The position numbers and the translations under genes are program-made. The notes beneath the pieces were generated by a model. The model did not search any database and had not been told where the DNA came from. It worked only from the letters and a program-made list of their open reading frames with translations. Below are positions 48,201 to 57,200 of a stretch of DNA of 64,000 bases, piece after piece (position 1 is the first letter of the stretch; each line of letters begins with the position of its first letter). The DNA is from Haliotis rubra (lineage: Eukaryota), in the NCBI RefSeq assembly GCF_003918875.1, contig NW_025765359.1, positions 682,001 through 746,000 on the forward strand, given 5' to 3'.

Positions 48201-51200
48201 TTAATGTAGTCCTGGATTTTTTGTAGTTTTGTGTCGTCTATTGTTTCCAAATCTGTCAAATAGAAAATCCTCATTAGTTACTAGCCATCCTAATAAATGC
48301 CATGGACCTATTTTCTATCTCAGCTTCAGAGACCATTTTAATGTCATGATGGTAAAATCAGATTAGTACCATGATCAAGAGAGGTTCTGTGTTGGGGAGC
48401 AGTATTCAGGATATTTGTTCTGAGAACCAAGGTCATAGATACTCCTATAATGTAACACAGGTGTGCGATTGTCGAAGCGCTAAGATCTCATTTGGGGAAA
48501 GGCACCTCTGAGAGTAACATGTCCAGTTATGTTGAACTACAAACTGAAAAGATTAAAACATGAATAACTCTACAATATCAGACACCAGCTTGTATATGAA
48601 CTGTCACTATGCTCCGTTCTACTGAATCTCAAATATACTCAGTTAAAAAAAAAATGCAACTCCCATAAAACTGTCATGAATGAAAAGGTTGATGTTTCCT
48701 TTTGAAAACATGCAAAGAAATAAACTTGAGTCATCAAAGTGAACGAGCAATTGAACTTAATTCAAAACCAGTTGTTTTTGTCATAATGTAAGTGATTGAG
48801 TTCAGTTTTACGTGGCTTTTAGCAATATTCCAGCAATATCATGGCAGGACGCCAGAAATGGGCTTCACACATTGTACCCATGTGGGGGATCGAACCCAGG
48901 TCTTCGGCGTGACGAGCAAATGCATTAACCACTAGGCTACCCCACTGCCCCTATAATGTAAGTAAGATATCAGATTGTGCCATAATGACTTTGCAAATAT
49001 GGCCTCCATTAGTAGCCACTTTGGTATCATCACACTGGAATTACAATGACTGAGCATCAAAGACACACTTCACCTTGATTTATGTTTCTATTTCATGGAA
49101 ATTCAAACATTTGCAATATTCGCATTTCTTCTCGATTTCATTAGTTCCAGTTGGTATTTTCTGTACAAAGTGATTCTGTCAGCATGGTTTAGATCCATTG
49201 ACCACAGCAGATCAGTGGGAGTTATGACATGCTGGGATATAATCTGGCATTCTGTATTCACCCCAAAGGTCATCGTGACACCGATGAAGCAAACTTAGAA
49301 TGCTGGGAGACTCATGAAGCGATCTAAACAAAACTTTAAAAATTCAAATGTTCCCATTAAAAGACAGATTTAATATTTATAACTGCAATATACAATGTGA
49401 CAGGTCATGTACCCAACACAGACCAGTCACCTTCCAGTTATGTGGGGAATCGAACCCAGGTCTTCGGTATGAGCAAATGCATTATCCAGTAAGCTACCCC
49501 ACTGCCCCTATAATGTAAGTAAGATATCAGATTGTGCCATAATGACTTTGCAAATATGGCCTCCATTAGTAGCCACTTTGGTATCATCACACTGGAATTA
49601 GAATGACTGAGCATCGAAGACACACTTCACCTTGATTTATGTTTCTATTTCATGGAAATTCAAACATTTGCAATATTCACATTTCTTCTCGATTTCATTA
49701 GTTTCCACTTGGTATTTTCTGTACAAAGTGATTCTGTCAGCATGGTTTAGATCCATTGACCACAGCAGATCAGTGGGAGTTATGACATGCTGGGATATAA
49801 TCTGGCATTCTGTATTCACCCCAAAGGTCATCGTGACACCAATGAAGCAAACTTAGAATGCTGGGAGACTCATGAAGCGATGTAAACAAAACTTAAAAAT
49901 TCAAATGTTCCCATTAAAAGACAGATTTAATATTTATAACTGCAATATACAATGTGACAGGTCATGTACCCAACACAGACCAGTCACCTTCCAGTTATGC
50001 TGTAGTTTGTGACACCTCCAAGTCCCAGGTACACCTCCCCAGGACTAGTTACCATGGTTACTGTACAGATCAATTTCATTACATTAGCAGTTTTGGCTTT
50101 CAGATTATAACATGAGACAAGCAGGATTTGTCAATGTGGCCTTGATTTAAAACATCACTGCCATATGTAATGAACTCTGAATCAAGTTAAATAACACCCA
50201 AAATTGAATGCCTGAGAATTGCACTACCACCAACCATGAAATATCAACTATGGCCATATGAAAATGTTTTATAACTTCTTTTCATAAGTATGTTTATCAA
50301 TGCAGACTATCCCCTTGTACTATATGTTGTTTATACTGTGGTGTCTGCCTAACATGTAGCAGATCATTTATAGTCCGTTTGACTTCATTTTGGACCGATG
50401 AATTGCTCACTAACACAAAATCTAATAATTGCAACAAAACCATCTTTTGCACAGTCACATGAAATCGACAGACCAACTCTAATGATGATCTCATAATTTT
50501 GGACACCCGAATAAAAATGTTTTAAGAAACGATCATTATTTTGTTGTCACTTTCGCTATTTTATACCAGGGAGAACCACTTGCTAGTAGAACAGCCAGGT
50601 GAGCGAGTTGTACCTGTGAAATTGAAATTGCACTGCACAACCTTGTTGATTACCTAGCTGTTCTACCAGCAAGTGGTCCTCCCCTCATAAGAAATAGCGA
50701 AACGCAACAACAAAATAATGAATGTTTGTTAAACAACATTTTTATTCAGGTGTCCAAAATTATGAGACAAATCATCAGAGTTGGTCTGTTGATTTCATGT
50801 GACTGTGCAAAAGGTGGTTTTGTTGCAATTATTAGATTTTGTGTCAGTGAGCAATATGGTCCAAAATGAAGTTAAACGGACTATAGGTGGTGACTTCAAC
50901 TGGGGATGGCAGTTTTTTCTCTTTCCACAGTTACATCTAAAACACACACGGACTGGCGTCTTTCCAAACATGGAGGGCATGCTTAGTGAACACTAGAATT
51001 CTAAAGCAGGGTTCGATTTAAGAGATGTTAACCTACTTGCACCAGGTGCAACCTAAGATAGAAAATCTAGTTGCACCAGCCAAATTCCAGTTGCACTGCT
51101 TTTATTGCAATAGTAAGAAATATTCTTAATATATTTAATGTAAGAAATATGAAATTATTTAGATGTTTTATTCAGTTTTTACCCACTCAAAAATCTAGTT

Positions 51201-54200
51201 GCACCTGGTGCAAGTTAGACAAATATCTAGGTTGCACTTTGTAATATTGGGTTGCACCAGTGCACGTAACAAAGCACTAAACCGCCCTGTAAAGGAAAAT
51301 GTAACATCTTGGCACACAGCAAAAGAAAAAGAAACGATCCCATCCATATCATAACTGACTCTCTACAGTACAATATGATTCAATGGACATTTGCAATCTG
51401 ATTGTACAGGCTGTCATTAGGCTGTCATTATGCTACACAAACTACAAAACTATCTCAATTAGTTTCCACTTGGTATTGGTTGTACAAAGTGATTCTGTCA
51501 GCATGGTTTAGATCCATTGACCACAGAAGATCAGTGGGAGTTATGACATGCTGGGATATAATCTGGCATTCTGTATTCACCCCAAAGGTCATTGTGACAC
51601 CGATGAAGCAAACTTAGAATGCTCTTCTTGCAAAATGGCGCCTAATGCTCATTTTCACAAACTCTCTTCTTCAAATAATGTCCTCCCGACAACTGACCAA
51701 TTAACAATCTGTATCTTTACAACACAGATGACTACCGGCTAGAAAAGTGCATGTATCCAGAGGTACAGAAAACCTGCGTATCTGCATAAATTACGCAAAT
51801 ATTTATGTGAAAACTCAATTCCTATTAAGTCTATTGCGTACAAGTACGCTTGAATTTTTGTACGTACTCAATAAATGCGATCTTGCATGCGTACACACAA
51901 AAATGTCAAATCTTAGCTTGGGTACCCGTGGATTAAGATAAACTAACTTTAATAGGTATATTGAGAGGTTGTATTTCAGGACACATGAACGTGACAACTT
52001 GCAGTCTTATCGTTTTTCATATTACAGATCAAATACAAATAACAAACACCAACATTTAAACTTTATTATATTTTAAAATTAATGGAAAATGGCAAAATAC
52101 CGAATTGAGTTTGAGTGAGATGAGTATAATTTATTTGGTTACTCAAATGAAAAGTAGGATACCCAATTGAGATGAACACCAGCGAGTACATAACTGAATG
52201 ACCCAAAACGTTATCTGTAGCTCTGTCTAACACAACCATTGTTTTCACTGCATACACCAGACAGTCATTTGCATATAAACAGATAATACCATGGCAACAG
52301 GAATGGAAAGTGAGCTATCATGTATGCGAGTCACAAAGCACTGTATGCCACTGAAAAATATTTTTAAAAAAACAACCCAGCTTCAATGACTCATCAAAAT
52401 GTTGGCCTTGACAGTAACCATAATATGGTGGAAACTTTTAAGATGCCGCAATGAACAACTTTAGGTGGAGTTTTAGGTTTCTAGAAGTAAGCATAACCCT
52501 ACTAAGAATTCACCTCAAATGAACTCAGTGTGTGGAAGAGTTGGACACTTGCCTTTGACATCTCTCTTTAGGGTGAAGGGTGGATTTTCCATGGGGTTAG
52601 GAGACTCTCACCTTATTATTATAGGATATTTATATAGCGCACATATCCACGCACCAGTGCATGCTCAAGGCTGGTATTTTTTTCCCTCGATCATTGGATG
52701 TCAATCTCAACAGCAAATCACATTATCAATCTCAACTCCCTGGGGAGTATACAACTCTTGCAGCCACTAGGCGCACCGAGTTATTGTGGCTTTCTCATCC
52801 TAACGAGGTTCCCATTCACAGCTGGGTGGACTGGGACACATAGTCACAGTACTTTGTCCATGTTCACTGCACGTTGCTGTACCCGCAACTAGGTGTTTGC
52901 ACGTATTCATGTGGCCACCATCTGGTCAAATACCAACGGATTCTTGGGTTCTTTTAAGTGCACTGTATGACAGGGTTGTGTACTGTATGACAAACTCAGT
53001 CTGGGGTGGGGGTAGGGGAGGAGTTCTGGGTGGGGGAGATGTCGGCACTCACCTATGACAAATTCTCTGTCTGTGGGGGACACATAGGCGTTGGGGTTGA
53101 TGATGCGGATGATGTCAAGCTGTTCCCTCATCCCCAACTCGCTGCTGATCACCTGACTCAGCTCTTCAACCACGGACATCTGCTCCGTACATGACAGCAT
53201 ACTCCTGGAAACAACACCTTCAGACTGTAGCAACATCACTATTGCATACTCCTAGAAACAACACCTTCAGACTGTAGCAACATCACTACTGGAACATCAC
53301 CACTTCACCACTTCACCACCTATTTCCTGTACATGACAGCATACTCCTAGAAACAACACCTTCAGACTGTAGCAACATCACTACTGTACGAACATCACCA
53401 CTTCACCCTATTTCCTGTACATGACAGCATACTCCTAGAAACAACACCTTCAGACTGTAGCAACATCACTACTGTAGCAACATCACCACTTCACCCTATT
53501 TCCTGTACATGACAGCATACTCCTAGAAACAACACCTTCAGACTGTAGCAACATCACTACTGTACGAACATCACCACTTCACCCTATTTCCTGTACATGA
53601 CAGCATACTCCTAGAAACAACACCTTCAGACTGTAGCAACATCACTACTGTACGAACATCACCACTTCACCCTATTTCCTGTACATGACAGCATACTCCT
53701 AGAAACAACACCTTCAGACTGTAGCAACATCACTTCACCCTATTTCCTGTACATGACAGCATACTCCTAGAAACAACACCTTCAGACAGCATCACTACTG
53801 TACGAACATCACCACTTCACCCCTATTTCCTGTACATGACAGCATACTACCTAGAAACAACACCTTCAGACTACTCCTAGAAACAACACCTTAGTAGCAA
53901 CATCACTACTGTAGGAACATCATCACTTCACCCTATTTCCTGTACATGACAGCATACTCCTAGAAACAACACCTTCAGACTGTAGCAACATCACTACTCA
54001 CTACTGTAACATCACCACTTCACCCTATTTCCTGTACATGACAGCATACTCCTAGAAACAACACCTTCAGACTGTAGCAACATCACTACTGTACGAACAT
54101 CACCACTTCACCCTATTTCCTGTACATGACAGCATACTCCTAGAAACAACACCTTCAGACTGTAGCAACATCACTACTGTACGAACATCACCACTTCACC

Positions 54201-57200
54201 CTATTTACTGTACATGACAGCATACTCCTAGAAACAACACCTTCAGACTGTAGCAACATCACTACTGTATGAACATCACCACTTCACCCTATTTACTGTA
54301 CATGACAGCATACTCCTAGAAACAACACCTTCAGACTGTAGCAACATCACCACTGTAGGATCACCACTTCACCCTATTTCCTGTAACACTCTAGCAAGTC
54401 TCATTAACTCATGCAAACAATAATTCTCAAATCTCCATAATAATTTTCCAAAATGAGTGAGAGCTAGCTTAGTTTTAGACCGCTGTTAGCAATATTCCAG
54501 CAATATCACGGCAGGGGGGACACCAGAAAGGGGCTTCACACATTGTACCCAGGTGCGTTATCGAACCTGGGCCTTCAGCGTGACGAGCGAACGTTTTAAC
54601 CACTAGACTACCCCTCTGCCCTTTTCCAAAATGAAAACTACTGCACTGTATAGAAGGTTGACCTGGACCATCAACCACTATCACAACATGCGTCCAGTGA
54701 CAGCATGTGTAGAGACAAAGTACTGACTGACTGAGTTTGGTTTTACGCCGCTTTTAGCAGTATTCCAGCAACATCACGGCGGGGGAGACCAGAAATGGGC
54801 TTCACACATTGTACCCATGTGGGGATTCGAACCCGGGTCTTCGGCGTGACGAGTCAACGCTTTAACCACAAGGCTACCCCACCGCCCCAGAGACAAAGTA
54901 ACAATCTGCCTACAAGCCGAGGATGTACAGTACATGCACTGAGAATATCATGTTGATATCAGCCGAATGGACAGCAGAAACCCAATGAAATTGAGCACAT
55001 TCCGGTTAAAGTCTGATTGCTAAACAAAGATCAATGTTGCATGATAAGAAAACACTCCAATTGTCAATTTCCTGATCAGTAAACAATACACTGATTGGTC
55101 CGATAAAGGTCGTTCTGACAGGTGACCTGTAATTGGATGTCCCCAGATCCTTGTTTAGTGGAAGAGTGAGTGAGTTCAGTTTTATGCTGCTTTTAGCAAT
55201 ATTCAAGCAAAATCACGGTGGGGGACACCAGATATGGCCTTCACACATCAGTTTATACATGGCTATCAAATTTTAGGGCGTTCCCATATTTTTTGTTTGA
55301 AGTATACATCTATTTAACTTATTAGGGATCACCTATCAAGTTCAGCCTTACAAAGTCTATTTATTAACATCATAACAAACTGTCTGCACAGAAACCTTAG
55401 ATCCACCTGGAATCGGTGAGTCTGTTACGTCTGTACAATTTCTCTCAGCACTGATACAACCGAACTGGATGAAACACCAGCTAGGCTACTTCAGTGCTTG
55501 TATGGCAAACAAATACTCAAAATTTTATCTTGGCCCCTGCTGTTGGTATCCTGCACCACCAGAAAGGACATCATTATCCGAGTAGAAAATAGTACACAAA
55601 ATGTACAAATGATCAGAAGCAGGTGTTTAATGTAACACTGCCACTACTTTCCCAATTTACAATTGGTATTTATTTATGATCACTACAGAGCTACTTATTT
55701 ATCGTTTGTGTGTATCTTACAACTTCAGCACATCTCACATATGAGAATAGTGTCACGATTTGACAGATGCAACACTATAAATAGACTCCATACCAATCAA
55801 CACACGAACGAATTTGTAGCACGCCTACGTTTTACTGGTCCATGTAGACCATGTGATCTAATTGCATACATTGGCACGATATCGTTAAGAATGAAGAAAA
55901 ACTGTATCCATATTCCAGCTGGAATTTGAAACAAATATGAAACATTTAAGCCCACTGATGGCTCCGAGATGATAAGAATAAGAACCACGTTCAGGACAAA
56001 GCAGTTCATGTACCCATTAAGAGATTGGGAAATAATCCTGAAAGCGATGATCCCAGTGGACAGGTGAAAAGAGTAGGTATTAATTTGACACCGCTTTCAG
56101 CAATATTCCAGCAATATCACAGCAAGGATGGCAGAAACGGGCTTCACATATTGTACCCATGAGGGGAATCGAACCCGGGTGTTTGATGTGACGAGGGAAT
56201 GCTTTAACCACAAAGCTACCCCACGGCCAGGTACTTACCATCTTTTACCATCTGTGCTCTGAGACTTGTGCCTCTTCTTTCCCATCTGAGGAGACGATTG
56301 TGCGTTGTCTACTTCACATTGGCTGTTTTTGTTGCAGCTCTTACTGCTTTTACTTTTAGGGCTGGGGGTTTTACTTGAGTTGTTCTTACTACTGCAGCTC
56401 CGGCCACTACTCGAGCTGGCCTGACTAGCGCTACAGCTCTGTTGACTACTCAGGCTGGACTGACTGCTGCTGCTGACGCTGCTGTACCCAGATGTCGTCG
56501 ACTGATTGTCTATGTCATGGGATCTACTCGACACGCCCCAGTCTGTGTCCGCTAAGTCTATGTTATCTATTGACAGGACATCTGAAACATGGATGAGGCA
56601 GTCTGAAACATCTGTGTTGAGACATCTGTCATTTCTGTCATCCAATGTTTCTTCTAAGTAATTCAAATGAGATTAAACTATCGTGAAGTGCTTGTTTGTT
56701 TGCAGTTTTACGCCGCACTCAGCAATATTCCAGCTATATGACGGCTGTCGGTAAATAATCCAGTCTTGACCAGACAATCCAGTGATCAACAGCATAAGAA
56801 TTGATCTATGAATTTGGGATACAATGACATGTGTCAACAAGCCTGACCACCCGATCCCGTTAGTCGTCTCTTATGACAAGCACGGGTTACCAAAGACCAA
56901 TCACTGTCATTTATGTTCATTATGATTGTTATCCAAGGCCATAATCCATTATTACTGATCCAATACTGATCATAAAGTATTTTTATATATCAAATATTTG
57001 ACAATTGTGAGGAAAGTGATACATGTCACAGAGCTCCAGATAAGATTTAGCTCATGTGGGTACTGTACCCACTGTATTTTTTTGGAGTGGGTATTATGAA
57101 TGTTGAGTGGGTAATTCAATTTCCGTTACCCACTGCTTTCAAATATGAGCATATTTCAGTCATTTTACTCACCTAAGTATTATGTCATTGAGTAAGTTTA

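Larger units (their letters stand above)
48881..49997. repeat. ~560-bp tandem duplication carrying snoRNA family 1
   Basis: 48881-49440 and 49441-49997 are near-identical; breakpoint lies in a SINE A head. Confidence 0.92.

Noticed and set aside
48384-48512. Possible further H/ACA RNA on the - strand (AGGTG/CACCT, ACATTA, GGAGTA/TGCTCC, ACA)
   Set aside because: Upper stems are weak, there is no paralog and no target; worth only a software scan.
49095-51617. Three copies of ORF ...YKVILSAWFRSIDHSRSVGVMTCWDIIWHSVFTPK
   Set aside because: Antisense translation of the triplicated H/ACA RNA; no splice or protein support.
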